This document shows positions 11,533 to 24,100 of a DNA stretch of 64,000 nucleotides, in pieces. The position numbers were made by a program, and so were the translations under genes. Positions within the stretch are counted from its first letter, which is position 1, and each line of letters opens with the position of its first letter. A model generated the notes under the pieces. It had not been told where the DNA came from, did no database searches, and saw only the letters and a program-made list of their open reading frames with translations. The stretch comes from Sminthopsis crassicaudata (lineage: Eukaryota), in the NCBI RefSeq assembly GCF_048593235.1, contig NC_133622.1, forward strand, positions 193,223,198 through 193,287,197, given 5' to 3'.

Positions 11533-13299
11533 CTTTGCTTCCTTTGGACTGTCAGACTGACCACTGAACTGGGGGGGTACCTAGTTTTGAAACTCAGCTC
11601 TGACACTGACACTAGCAAAGGCCTGGCCATTTGACCTTTGATTCTCATTTACTCCTGTCCCCTCCTCTTTGTCCCTACTCCTCTCAACTAAATTCAGATT
11701 TTAAAAATCATAAGTAGGTTATTAAATGGTCTTAAAAACTGATTGCTTCTACCTCTGGTCTTAACTCCAATACATTCAACCAGAGTTATCTTTCTAAGGT
11801 ACAGCTCTGACCACATTTTGCAATTAATTTCACACTATACCTGGCTTTTAGGATCCTACAAACCTTTTCCCCAAACTTCTCATCACTCCAGATTCAAATA
11901 TTTTCCTTTGACTTTTACTTAGCTGTATGATGGTGAAGTTACTTAGCCTTTCAGCCTCAGTTTCCTTTGTAAATGGGAATAATATTCATGCTACCTACTA
12001 CATAAGACTGTCATTAAGGAAAGTATTTTATAATTCTTAAAAAGTGGTGGAGAAATGTGAACTTACTCACAAACGAATGGCTAATAACACTGTTAACACT
12101 TTCTCACCACACCTTGAGTTTTCAAACATTTGTAATCAACATATTAGTCATATCTGAAAATATATGGGTTATTTTGTATCTTTACTTCTTTGCCAAAAGA
12201 CCACTCAGTTTTTTGAAGTTGTTTGATCACTGAATTGAGCATATCTCTGAAGTCTTTCAAATGTTTCACTTCGATTTTAGCATTGTTTTTGCCTACTACC
12301 TCTTTGAAATGTGACTGATTTCCACAATGCTGTATCATCCCAGTTTTGCTTCTATTTTGAATGTTGTTCGTCTAAACTTTTTTTTCTACCAACCCTTAAA
12401 GATCTAATCCACTCCCATCTTTAAACTATATCTCTTTGCTGAAGAGTAGTAACTTTGTTTCTAGCCCTGTGCTCTCTCCTTAGTTCCTATTTATTCCAAA
12501 ACTTGTTTCAAGTTTTTGTTCCTATTTGTAATCTCTCATTTTTTCCCTTAAAAACCACTCTCAGGTTTGGTCTTTCCTCTCCAGTTACACAGTAAATACT
12601 TTTCTAATCCTTTAACTACTGTTAACAACCCCTTCCAAGCTGACTTTCTTGTCTCTCTCTCTTCTACCCCATTCTTCTAAAATGTAATTTCATCAAAAAC
12701 TGCCAATGGCTCCCTAACCTGTCAATAAAGCCCCAGATTCAAGGCTCTCTACCATTTGACTTGTTCTTTCTTTTCTAGTTTTACCTCCATGATTTGTCTG
12801 TGATATTTCTGCTCTTATTGGTTGAGATATTTGTAATGTGGTATTTCTGCTCTATCAATTGAGATATTTTTAAAGTGCTCAGCATTTGATAAAACATTAA
12901 GCACTGTTTTATTGCCTCAGCTTTAGAAAATAGGTAGTGTAGGTATTATGCCATGTGATTTCATCACTTTGGACTCTAGCTATATAGATTGAAGAGTTCA
13001 ATTTATCACAAGCTTGAATGATTTTATTTCTGTGGCTTCTCAAATCATTACCTGAAAATCAACCTGTATGATGAGCCTCCAGGCATTTAGCTAAGCTGGT
13101 ATGAAGAAGACTTATGTATCTGAAAGGGGTTCAGTAAAATCTCATCAGTTGATAGTATTTCCAATGTTCCAAAGTGAAAAGTCTCTCACTTCTATTTTGT
13201 TGGATCAATAGAGCTAATAGAACTCCTCTTTGGAGAGTCTAAAGTTCCACAAAGAAAACATCAATTAGGGTCTTAGTAAAGAAGTCAATAAAATCCAAA

Positions 13300-13650
13300 T
13301 CTATCAAATGATATGCCAGGTTCTGTGTGGGAAGCAAAATTCTGTATATGTATACATATAAGTATATGAATATCCCAAACAAATACAAAACAGATGAGGT
13401 AACCTTGTAAGGGAACTCACTAGCAAATAAGAATCTGGAAAGGCCTCATGTAGAATGTGGCATCTGAACTGAAGTAGAACTTCCAAGGTGAACTAAGAAG
13501 GGTAATTACTCATTCCAGGCTTGGAACATTCAGTGCAAAGGCCTGGATGTTGAAACTGGGGGGGATGAGGAATAACAGGAAAGTCAGATTGCACAGAGGA
13601 GAGTAATAATGTCAAAAGGCTAGAAAAGTTGACTTTGGAGTGTTCTTGAG
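13300..13650 (-). mobile_element. L2 LINE fragment
   Basis: Purine-rich decayed sequence with L2-like phrases (gaaggcctcatgtagaatgtggcatctgaactgaa; cattccaggcttggaacattcagtgcaaaggcctgg). Boundaries approximate. Confidence 0.6.
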
Positions 13651-14199
13651 AGGTCAAGACAACAGTCATACAAAAGAATTGATATGGAACTCACTAATTT
13701 ATTTACTAGTAAACAGGCATACTGACAAGCATGGATTTGGTCATGGGTAAAAAAAAATTGAATTCCCTAATTACCAATAGTGAAAGAAAGAACACCATTC
13801 CAAGGGATCCAGGAAAGTTTGTCTAGACAGGGCCTCAAGGTTTCATGAGGCCAAAATGAAGTGTGGAGATAGGGGGCTCATTGCTGAGAAACTGCCTCTT
13901 TGTTGCTTTTGAGTATTAAAATGAGAATGAGGGCCTTTTCATCAAAGGAGCCCTCGGCTTCTAAGCCTGTGGTGAGCATCTCAAGGAATCATTGCTAATT
14001 ACTTGCAACAGAAGTTTTGTGGTTTGCTTATAGAATGTTTTAAAATTTTCACATGGTAAAGAAAAAATGGCTAGAAAAGTATGATAATGCCAAGTTCTAA
14101 AAGTTTTAAATGTCAAAAGAGGATCCTGGGATAATAATGAGGTACTGGAGTTTATTGGATATGTGTATCTATAGAAAAAACACATTGGTAACTGTATGG

Positions 14200-14940
14200 T
14201 GAATAGGACTTAGGAGAGACTTACAGAAAGACCAAATAGGAAACTTATTTCCATAATTTGGGCAACTGGTAACAAGGATTTGAACTAGGGTAATGGATAT
14301 GTGAGTGAAACAAATGAGACGTAGGGGAGAGATGTAAAGTTCTAAATGAAGATTTGGCAAGTGATTGGATGAGGTGAAAAACAGGATTTTGGACCTGGAT
14401 GACTAGAAGAATGGTGATTTCCTCCACAATAATAGAAAAGTTTGGAAGAGAAGTGGATTTAAAGGGAGAGAATTTTCTTTTGAATATGTTTGTGGTGCCT
14501 AAGCATCTATAGCTCAACATGTCTAATCAGCAATTGTTGCTGCAAGACCAGATCTGGCTCAGGAGAGAAATGGGGACTGGAGATGGGGATCCATACCGAT
14601 TTGGAGGGCTGCTGCCCAGATAAGATTGAACTCAAGGGAGTTGAGGGTATAAGGGGAAGAGAAAAGGAAAGGAAGATGAGATAAAAGGGAAAGGAAAAGA
14701 ATGGAAGATAGAAAGGCTCAAGACAGATTGAGATACATCCAAAGCTGGTGTTTAAAATCTGGATAAGACAAGCAAATAAGATTTAGAAGCCATAGTGAAG
14801 GAAGGAGCCAAGAGAACATAGTCACAAAAACCTAGAAAGGAGGTATCTAGGAGAAAAAAGTTATCAACTTTGCTATGGAAAGGTTAAGGAGGATGATAAA
14901 TGAGGAAGAATAGATTTGACAGTTAAGGCATCACTGGTAC
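14200..14940 (-). mobile_element. L2 LINE fragment
   Basis: L2-like phrases (gatttggcaagtgattggatg; ggacctggatgactagaagaatggtg; ggctcaggagagaaatggggactggagat). Boundaries approximate. Confidence 0.65.
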
Positions 14941-15799
14941 TGAACAATAAGACAAGCTTGACCCTAAAGAAAATATTTGAGAAGACACCTCCAGTTATTT
15001 TACAGAGACCATAGATATGGAATACATGTAACATCAAATATTTTCAATATATTGGCTTTACTGAAGTTTTTTCTTAGAACTTTTATTAAAAGGGTTTGCA
15101 TTGTGGAAGCATACAGTGAGAAACAAGTGATGTCAAAAAACTTATTTTAAAAAGTTAAGATCACACAAAGATGGTTGGCAACTTTGGCTATGTTTTGATA
15201 AAAATATGAATCAAGATCCTTAGATGTGAAAAGGAGGGCAGTGCTATGGGAGATTTGAGATTAAATTTAGAACTCTATGCTGAATGGGATAGAGAATCAA
15301 TTAGGGAAGAGTAAAGATTGCCTTGCTGCACTTAGAATCCAATTGAGATTAGATCACGAATTTATAATGGCCTTAGTGAGCACTGTTGCATGATTTCCTC
15401 CAGCTCCGTTCAGTGCACATGAGTTTAGAGCAGAAGCAGAGTTAGGTGGTGGGGAATAACCAGCCTTAGGGCTTGGAAGACCAGCAATATAATCAATGGC
15501 CCAGGATTTAAGGGAGGATGGTGAAAGAGTTGATGTTCCCCTCGGGGATTAAGAGGGAAAAGGAAAGAGTAAGGGTAAAGGCTTAGGAAAGTACTGGGGT
15601 GTATGTGTGGGGGGGTATGGAGATAGAGTTGCAGGTAGAAACGAGGAAACAGGCCGAGACTGAAATGACTGGCTCAAAATAATGCATAAGTGGCAGAGAG
15701 TTGGGGCTCAAATGCAGGCCTGATTCCCAATCTAGTGGTGCTTTTGTTCTTGTGCTTGGAATGCCAATCCTATGTTCATCCTTGAAGATGGCAGGAAGA

Positions 15800-15975
15800 T
15801 GGCCCCATGGATAGAGGATTGAGGAGTCAAAACCCAAGTTCAAATCCCACTTCAAACTTATCAAACTACCCTGGGCAAGTCAATCTCTTGCCTGTTTCCT
15901 CATCTGTTTTCCTCATCTGTAAAATGGGGACAACAGCACAAACATGAAAAGCTTTGCAGAACGCTGGCTGTTATA
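15800..15975 (+). mobile_element. MIR/CORE-SINE remnant
   Basis: gttcaaatccc...ctgggcaagtca...tttcctcatctgtaaaatgggg core; a closely similar copy lies at about 19040-19205. Confidence 0.75.
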
Positions 15976-17819
15976 ACTACTTGTGCTATACGATTTGGCT
16001 GTTTTTGAGGTTATTTGTGCCTGTCTTCTCTCCCTAGATATAAGCTGCTTGAAGACATAGCTTGAATTTTTCTCCCTCTTCACCCAGCACAGGCCTGGGC
16101 ACATAGTAGGTGCTCAGTAATTATTTGAACGGTGTGATGAATAGTATCTTTTGTGTTTGTGAGTGTGCTTGTGTCTGTTTCTGAGCACTAGGTTTTCAAA
16201 TGTCTGTTAGTATCTGCCTGGTCCGTGCCTGTGTGGGTGTCCCTGACTCTATATAGTTTATGGATCTATATTTCTGTCACTGTGATGTTAGCATGCAGTG
16301 AATGGGAGTAGTGTTGTCTCAGTGTGTGGCTGACATACATACAATGCACTGGCATTGTGTCTGTGTGTGGTATGTCTGGGTCTGAGATGCGTATGTAGTG
16401 TCTGTCAAGTTCCCGTGCAATTCCGTGATGAGGATTGTACATATATCTGGGTGTGGTGTGAGTGTGGAGGGGGTGCTGTGGGGGGAGTGTATGCATCCTT
16501 GTGTGGGTGGTGTCTGTCTGTTTGCTGTGTGCCCTCTGTCCCTTCATCTCCTCCCCCCGCCCTCTTCAGCATCTGCTCTGCATTAGCTTGTCCCAGGCCT
16601 TGGCAGGCGCCAATGATTAAATCACCATCATTAAGCCGGGCCTGCCCCCCAGCAGCAGGGGGATGGGGGATCACTGCCAATCCCCTATGGGCCCCTCCCC
16701 TCAGAGATGCCCGGAGAAACTTCCTAAGATAGTCCCCTAGAGCCTGCGAGATTCCCTCAGAGGAGGTTTATTACTGGAGGGCAGGAATGAAGGAAGGGGG
16801 TGGGGAGGATCAGCAGATGGGGGAAACAAAGGGGAACAGCCTAATGGACCACGGTGATGGAGAAAATGAGAGGGTGCTATGTAGCCAGGAGCAGGACAAT
16901 GGGGTGGGTGGTCACTGTGTGCCGAGAAAATGGGTATCACCGAAGGACAAATGGGGGTGAGAGAACCAAGATGGGGAGCCGCGGAGGGAGTTGAACTGAA
17001 GGAGAAAAACAATGGAGGGGAACTGAGGCTGGGGTTTGCCTGTAATCGCGAATTGGCTGCGAGCACGTTGAGGGCTGGGATCGTCGTGGTGGGGGGTTGT
17101 CGGTTGTTTTGCTTTTCCGTAGCTCGCCCCCACCCCGGCTTAGCGCAGTGCCCGGCACAGAGCCAGCGCTTAATGAATGCTTGTTGATTACACCTAGAGG
17201 AATCTACGCGAGACAGGCGAGACTGGGATTGGGGAGTGCAGGGAGAGAGATCGCTGGCGAGGGGACCCTGGTGCCCCGGAAAAGGGATCACATGGGACGG
17301 GCCCTTTGGGGCGACGCGGCAGCGAGCAGAGGAGGAGCAGGGGGAGGTCCGCAAGGGGATCCGGCGCGGGCGGGCACACAGGAGCTACGACTGCGCCTCG
17401 CGCGTCCGGGATTTGACCGCGGTCGAGCTCAGTCTCCGGCCGCGGAGGGTCTCGCTTTCGGACGCAGACGTTCGCGAGGAGACCTCCCGCCCGTCCCGAG
17501 AGATGCTCCCCGCGAGACGCCCCCGTCGCCCCTCGACAGACCCGGCTCGGCTGGGGAGGACCCCCGGGAGAAGCTTTTGGAAGAGGAGACGGGGGTGCCT
17601 TCCTCCTCGGCCGCGGCGGCCTCCGGAAGACGCAAGCACCGCGGCCTCCGCTGGCTCTGGTTTGGGGTGGCCGGGCTCCGGCCTCGCGGGGAGAGCGGGG
17701 CTGCAAAGAGCCCCCTCGGCAGCTATGACGCCGAGTGGGGCGGGGCTAGGGGCGGGACGAACTCAGGTGAGCACACGGGAGAGAGGGGCGGGGAGCGGTG
17801 AGGCGGGGCTCTGGGCGGG

Positions 17820-17925
17820 GAGGCCAATCAGAAAAGGACCAGGCCCCCCGTTGCCTGGAGACAGGCCCCGCCCAGCAGGCGGCACCGGAAGTGGCTGGCC
17901 GGGCTCAGCCTTTAAGATGGCGTCT
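17820..17925 (+). promoter_or_regulatory. PCGF1 proximal promoter (CCAAT, GC box, ETS, YY1) within a CpG island of about 17050-18700
   Basis: GGCCAATCA near 17822; GCCCCGCCC near 17865; CCGGAAGTG 17885-17893; AAGATGGCG over the start codon. Confidence 0.75.
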
Positions 17926-20900
17926 CCTCAGGGGGGCCCGATGGCGATCGCGATGCGGCTGCGGAACCAGCTTCAATCTGTGTACAAGATGGACCCGCTG
18001 CGGAACGAGGTACGGAGGCGCCGGGCTGGAGGCGCCAGGTGGCGCGAAGAACCGAGGCCCAGGGGCTGGTGGGCGCCTGGGCAGCTGGCCCGATGCCCAA
18101 TGCGCTTGCGCTGCGGCCGGGTACCGGATGCGCGTGCGTGCTGTTTGGAAAGGGGGCGACCCCCCGAGTAGGACGCATGCGCGCCGTGACCCCCTTTGTC
18201 GCCCCCCCGTATTGAGCTCAGAGCCGGACTTGCATGCGGAGCCCCCTGCTGGGCAGAGGTGGAGGGGGGGTGCTCAAGTGGAGCACCCCCCAACGCCTTG
18301 GTCCCCAAGGGTCTTAAGGGGGGCGGGCGGAGGACGACACGGGAGGTCATTGTTTAGCTGCCTCACGTCGGGTCTCGGGGTGGTCAGTTAGAAAGTCAGT
18401 GATGGTCAGTTTGGCTGCAGGAGGAAGTCCGAGTGAAGATCAAGGACCTGAACGAGCACATCGTCTGCTGTCTGTGCGCCGGCTACTTTGTGGATGCCAC
18501 GACCATCACGGAATGTCTGCACACCTGTGAGGGTCCTCCCCGCCCCCTCCCTCCCCACCCCGCGCCCTCCCAGCAGGTCTCGGCCCTCCCGCAGCCCAGG
18601 GGACCGGTGGGATGGACGGAGCTGCCTTCGCGGCAGATCCTTCCTGCCCCGGGGCCTCTCCCCAGCACCCCTTTACCTGGGTGAGGGAGGGACGAGGGCT
18701 GCAAGGTGTGTGGCCTCTCTCCCCCCCCAGTCTGTAAGAGTTGCATAGTGAAGTACCTGCAGACCAGCAAATACTGCCCCATGTGCAACATAAAGATTCA
18801 CGAGACCCAGCCCCTGCTCAACCTCAAACTGGATCGGGTCATGCAGGACATCGTGTACAAGCTGGTCCCCGGCCTGCAGGACAGTGAGTGTCCCCCGCCC
18901 CCTAGGAATCGGAAAAGCCCCGGGTTCTGGGCTCACCAGCTAGATTTCCCACTCTGCCCTGGGCTCGGCGCCCCAGGAAAAAACGAGGGAGCTGAGCCAA
19001 TCTCCAAAAGACTCTTCCCGCTCCGACTTTGTGATTCCAAAGGGCTGAATCTGGAGTCCAGCCCTAAGTTCGAATCCCACTTCAGACACCATCAAACTGT
19101 GACCCTGGGCTCTCTTGCCTCAGTTTTCCCATCTGTAAAACAGGGACAATAGCAGCACCAATGTGAGGATAAAGATATTTGCAAAGGGCTTTGCAGAGCG
19201 CTGGCTCTTATGACTGTTTCTGTTAATGTAACTTAGCTGACTTTGTGGTTTATTTGTGCTTTTGTCTTGTTCCTGCTCCCGGTCAATGTCCCCTGTGGAA
19301 AATGAGGGAGCCGAGCCAATTAATCTCTAAAGACCCTTCTAGCTCTGACTGATTCCAAAGCTCCCAGTAGAGCTAGCAGGACAGTGACATCCTTCATCCC
19401 CACCTGGGTGTGTGTGTCTCTGTGTCTCTGTCTCAGATCGTGTGTCTGTCAGTCTCTGTGCCTCTGTCTCAGATCGTGTGTCTGTCAGTCTCTGTGTATG
19501 TGTGTCAGACTGTGTGTCTGGTCAGACAGTATGTGTGTTTGTCTCTGTCTGTTGGCTCTGGCTCCAGCTGGAGCTAAGACTTAACTGGAGTAAAATCGGG
19601 CTATGAAAATTAAGGGTGGTGACCAGGAATCGACTTCCAAAGTCTAAGGTATCTTTCTTCCTTTTCCCACCCTCTCCTCTGCTGCAGGTGAAGAAAAAAG
19701 GATACGAGAATTCTATCAGTCTCGAGGCCTGGACCGAGTCACCCAACCCGTCGGGGAAGGTAAATATCGCCTAAAGAAAGGTCACCTGCCTCCTCCCCCA
19801 GAGCTTTCATTGTTCATCACAACTCTTACTGGGTTGTGATAGTGGGTACTGTGTCTCTCGTAGAACCAGCCCCGGGTACCTTTGGCCTCCCCTTCAACAG
19901 CTTTGACCATTCAAAAGCACACTATTACCGTTACGATGAGCAGCTCAGCCTATGCTTAGAAAAACTAAGGTAAGGGGTGTGATGGGGGCGGGGTGGGGAT
20001 GGGAGGGGAGGGGGTAGGGAAGTGATTCCATCAATTATGCCTGCTGTGTGCTTAGGGAAGAGTCTAGTCCAAAGTGATGGCCTACCCCAAGTTTAGTGCT
20101 GAGTGGGGAGGGGGAAGGTAAGCCAGCTAATGCTCCTACCCCACCTAGGAGGGTAAAGACTTGAGGAGGGAGGAGAGATACCAGGAAAGGGAGGGGCTTT
20201 GGGAATGATCGGGGCCAGTTCCCTAGTAGATCCTAATCTTTGTCTTTGTTCTCCCTTCTTCAAAACAGCTCTGGCAAAGACAAAAGTAAAAGCATTTTAC
20301 AGGTAAGGGGGCTGAGAGGGAGGTTGCCATATTCCTATCTAAACAATTCTAATATCACTTTTTCCTCATACAGTAATAATAATCATAGCAGCTCCGATTT
20401 CTAGAGCACTTCATGATTTGCAAAATACTTTGCTCACAGTAATCCTGGAAGTTGTTATACAGGTGGTATCCCCAGGATTATCAGGACGCTCAAAGCCGGG
20501 ATTTACCTTTTCAAACAGTTAATAGAGTGGCAGAGTTGGGATTTTAATTCAGAATTCTTGACTTGAATTCCATTGCGCGATCTTTGTCTCCCTGTCCTTC
20601 AGCACAAGTTCGTTCGTTGTTCTGTCCGAGCCGAGGTTCGGCATCTCAGAAGGGTCCTATGTAGACGACTAATGCTGAACCCCCAACATGTAAGTTAGAC
20701 TGTAACAGGAAGAAGCTGTTAAAGGGAAGGAGGGAGGGAAGGAGGAAGGACCGAGGGATTGAGAGGAAGGGGCTACCTGTTCCAGTGTTCCCATGACCTC
20801 ATCTCCTCTCTCCCCCTTCCAGGTACAGCTCCTATTTGACAATGAAGTTCTCCCAGATCACATGACCATGAAACAGATTTGGCTGTCTCGATGGTTTGGC

Positions 20901-21144
20901 AAGGTGGGGTTTGGGGAAATGAGAGACTGGGAGGGAGTGGGGTTTCAGGAGGAAATTGGTCAGAAAAAAGGGTGGTTGATTCAAGGAAGGTGTGAAGGTG
21001 GGGAGGGGAAAAATGGAAAGGGGATGACAGGAAATAAAAGGGCAGCTATGGCTAGAGAAAGGTGTGTAACATCCCTCCCCCCTTCTTTTCTGCTAGCCTG
21101 CACCCCTGCTCCTGCATTACAGTGTGAAAGAAAAAAGGAGGTAG
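17917..21144 (+). CDS. PCGF1: Polycomb group RING finger protein 1, 259 aa
   Basis: Exons 17917-18009, 18421-18526, 18731-18883, 19688-19759, 19864-19969, 20269-20302, 20603-20689, 20823-20903, 21097-21144 (780 nt). [29 protein letters not shown]...CPMC; RAWUL region; AATAAA at 21207-21212. Confidence 0.98.
19040..19205 (+). mobile_element. MIR/CORE-SINE remnant in PCGF1 intron 3
   Basis: gttcgaatccc...ctgtgaccctggg...cctcagttttcccatctgtaaaacaggg core. Confidence 0.75.
19417..19530. repeat. 36-bp TG/TC-rich tandem repeat, about 2.5-3 copies
   Basis: Unit tctctgtg(t/c)ctctgtctcagatcgtgtgtctgtcag repeated in PCGF1 intron 3. Confidence 0.8.
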
Positions 21145-24100
21145 AAGCTGGCCTCCCTCCCCCACCCCAGATATTTATGCGATACCCACAGTGGCTTTAT
21201 TTTTGAAATAAAAGTGAAAAAGCACTTTTGGCTGCTTCTTGAACTCTCATTTCTTCCTCTTCCCATCTCTCTCCCTCATCCTACATTGCTTCTCCCTTTC
21301 CTTCCTTTTTCCACCTCTTAACCTCTCATTCAACAAGTCCAGGTAACCTTGTATTGAACTGAAATGGGGAAAAGTAAAGTGTATGTTGAGGGATCAATGA
21401 GCAGTAACTTGAAGATTTCTTGGCCAGGGCTACGATGGATTCATTGGAACTAGGGGTCCTTAGCAGGAGCTTTAGAGAAAGAACTTTGTTGGAAATTTTG
21501 AAATCCAGGAAGGAGAAGGGGGGTTACTGTCCTAGTGAGGGGCCTTAGATGTGATGAAGCCTTGAACAGGGAAAAGCCCCAGTGATCAGCAAGTGGTTTA
21601 ATAGCCAGGATTTTTTTTTGGTGGGGGACACCCCAAGTGTGTAATCTAGAAATCTGGGGATCTGCATCTGAAACTCTGCCCTGGACCAATCATCCCCTCC
21701 CCCCATGCCCTTCAGAGATGCTCATAGGCTCAGATCTCAAGTCTGGATCTTCTTTGTGTCTTTCATCAACAGGGGGTGGGGGAAAGGTTTGGCCAAGCTC
21801 TTGCTTTGGCAGCTGCTCCCTCTCCACCACCACTGATTCAGACCAGCTGTAGGGCCATTTGGGCCCCGAATCTACCAGCCTCCTTTATTCTCCTGCTAAT
21901 GAGCACCCCATTGTGGGTCTTCATCTCGGGAGGGGGACAGGCCTCATTGTGATCTGGATCTCAGGGGTCTCGGAGAAGAGGGCCTTTGTTGGGGGTGGGG
22001 AGGTCCAGATTTGATCAGAGGAATAGCAACCAGGTTCCAAATGGGAATTGAGAAAGAGGTACTGGGAGCCTTTACCACATGCCCCTCATGTTTCCACACT
22101 GTTTCCCCTCCTGTCTGGCCAGAAGGCTGAGAGTCCTGCATGCTGTCTGTCCTCAGCTCCCTGCCTTCTCTCCACCCCTCCCTCCCCCTGCCCCCCCCAG
22201 CTGTTCCCAGCTGTCAGGGATGAAGATGTCTCTTCCCCTGCCCTTGCCCTCCCCCTAATGTCCCCAAAGGACTGAAAAGTAAAATTGAATGCAGCACATA
22301 TGGACACATGCACTGTGTTATGGAAAAAACTTTGCATTCAGGATCTTGGGAGAACCTATTCCAAGTTCTGGCCTTGGCTGATATAACTTGGATTCAATTG
22401 ATTGCCATTTTTCTGGACTTCATTTCTCCCATAGTTTATGAAACATTTTTAAGGTTTGCAGAGTGCTTTATCTATTCGATGAAAGGGTCCGACATTCATT
22501 CTGGTTCTAAATCCTAAAAGTATCTACCAGGGCACTTAGGTTACATGCCATTTGATGCGGATTTACAAACTTGAAGACAGAATATAGCACTTCTAGGTAT
22601 CAGTTTTCCCCCCCTACATTAAAAAAATGTTTCTGGTTATACATGTACATTAAAAAAAAAGATTTCCTTATGAATCATGTTGGGAGAGAACTAAAACAGG
22701 GAAAAAACCAGGAAAGAAAAAGAAACATAGTATATGTTGATTTACATTGTTTCCATTCCCCTCTACTTCCACTTAAATTTATAATGGCAAGTCATTTAGG
22801 TGCAAATATTCTGGATTCTCTAGTCAGGCTCAGAAACGGAAGGTGATTTGCTCAGGATCACAATAAGTGGAAGAGCTAAATCCAAGTTTTCCTATTTTAT
22901 ATACTACCTGTCCCGAGTATTGAAGGTGTAGTGAAAAAGGAGAGAGGTAAAAACAGATGAGGAAATGGGGCTGAGAAGCTTTTCTAGGATATAGCTCAAG
23001 CCAAGCTTTGATCTTGATAGGAATTGTTTCCCAGTACCTATAACATGAAGGGATATGGCCATATCCCCTTTTAGCTGAATTCATCCCAAATCCCAGAGGA
23101 ATACAGAAAAGTGAATAACTGGTATCGAGCCCAATGTGGTTTAAGAAATGTTGGTAAAGTCGTATGCCTAGAGGGGAGGAATGGCAAAATATAGAAATAG
23201 GCAATGATGGAGAAGGCTCTCTGGGTTGATATGGGGTGGAGTAGGGTGTTCAAGTCTCCAGGAATACATTGGATCAATAGGATTTTCTGTGATCATTTAG
23301 GAGGTATAGATAGGGTCAGTGGTTTAAGTGTTGTGTCCATTGATGAGATATGAGTGAGAAGGGTGGGGGAATGAGGTTTCAAGGAGTAGCAGCTGTATGA
23401 GACCCCCATGTATGTGTGTGGAGCTTCAATGATGGGGGCAGGTAAGGTCTGTGACCAGATTGTAAGGGGGGCCTCAGTGATGTGGGTCACAGGAACTCTG
23501 TTGTTTGAGACTCAGTAACAGTGGGGATCAAAACTGGGTTATGAGGGTAGTGAAAATTCAGTGACAGTTTGTCAGTGGTGGTGATGTGTGCAGTATGGTC
23601 ACAGGGGAGGAGGGGGTTTTCAGGTTGGAAGTTCAAGGAACATCTGTCATAAGATGTTGGGGGGGGGGAATCAGTGATCATACTGACCAGGTTTGTAGAG
23701 TGGTATGTTGTGGCAGAGGGTGAGGTTAGGGGCAGTGATAAGGGTCAGGTAATGGGAGTATCTTCAGTTGATTTCACTCCCTGCCCTCTTCCCAAGTAAG
23801 AGCCCTTCTCAATTTCCCAAGGTGAAGTGGGGGGGAGATGACCTCGGGGCCTTGAGGTTTAATCTCCCTCATTAATCACTCACCCCTCTCTCCTCCTCCA
23901 ACTCCTTCCAGAATCCAATGGATCCAGTTTCTCTCAGACTCCTTGACCTGGGGCCAGCGAGAGGCTGGGGGGTGAGGTATTTGGGGTGGGGGAGACTGAG
24001 AAATCCCTTCAGTGGCTCCTCATTAGTCCCGGGGAGACACACGCTTCTTGAAAAACTGGGGACTTCCCTTTTTGTGTGAGCCGTAGGGCTGTGTCTGACT

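Noticed and set aside
13068-13123. TGATGA...CTGA resembling a box C/D snoRNA
   Set aside because: Only 56 nt, no D'/C' pair, weak terminal stem, and intergenic rather than intronic.
16737-18391. Several 120-311 aa ORFs on both strands around the PCGF1 promoter
   Set aside because: Pro/Arg/Gly-rich CpG-island shadow frames with no recognisable domain; only the PCGF1 exon-1 part is supported.
23071-23277. Minus-strand LPTFLKPHWARYQLFTFLYSSGIWDEF, faintly like HACD/PTPLA WARY..LY..G..E
   Set aside because: Similarity does not extend to either flank and there are no retrocopy hallmarks; probably chance. A blastx search would settle it.
23293-23681. Thr/Pro/Ser-rich mucin-like minus-strand ORFs
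   Set aside because: A compositional by-product of a GT-rich + strand; no splice or homology support.
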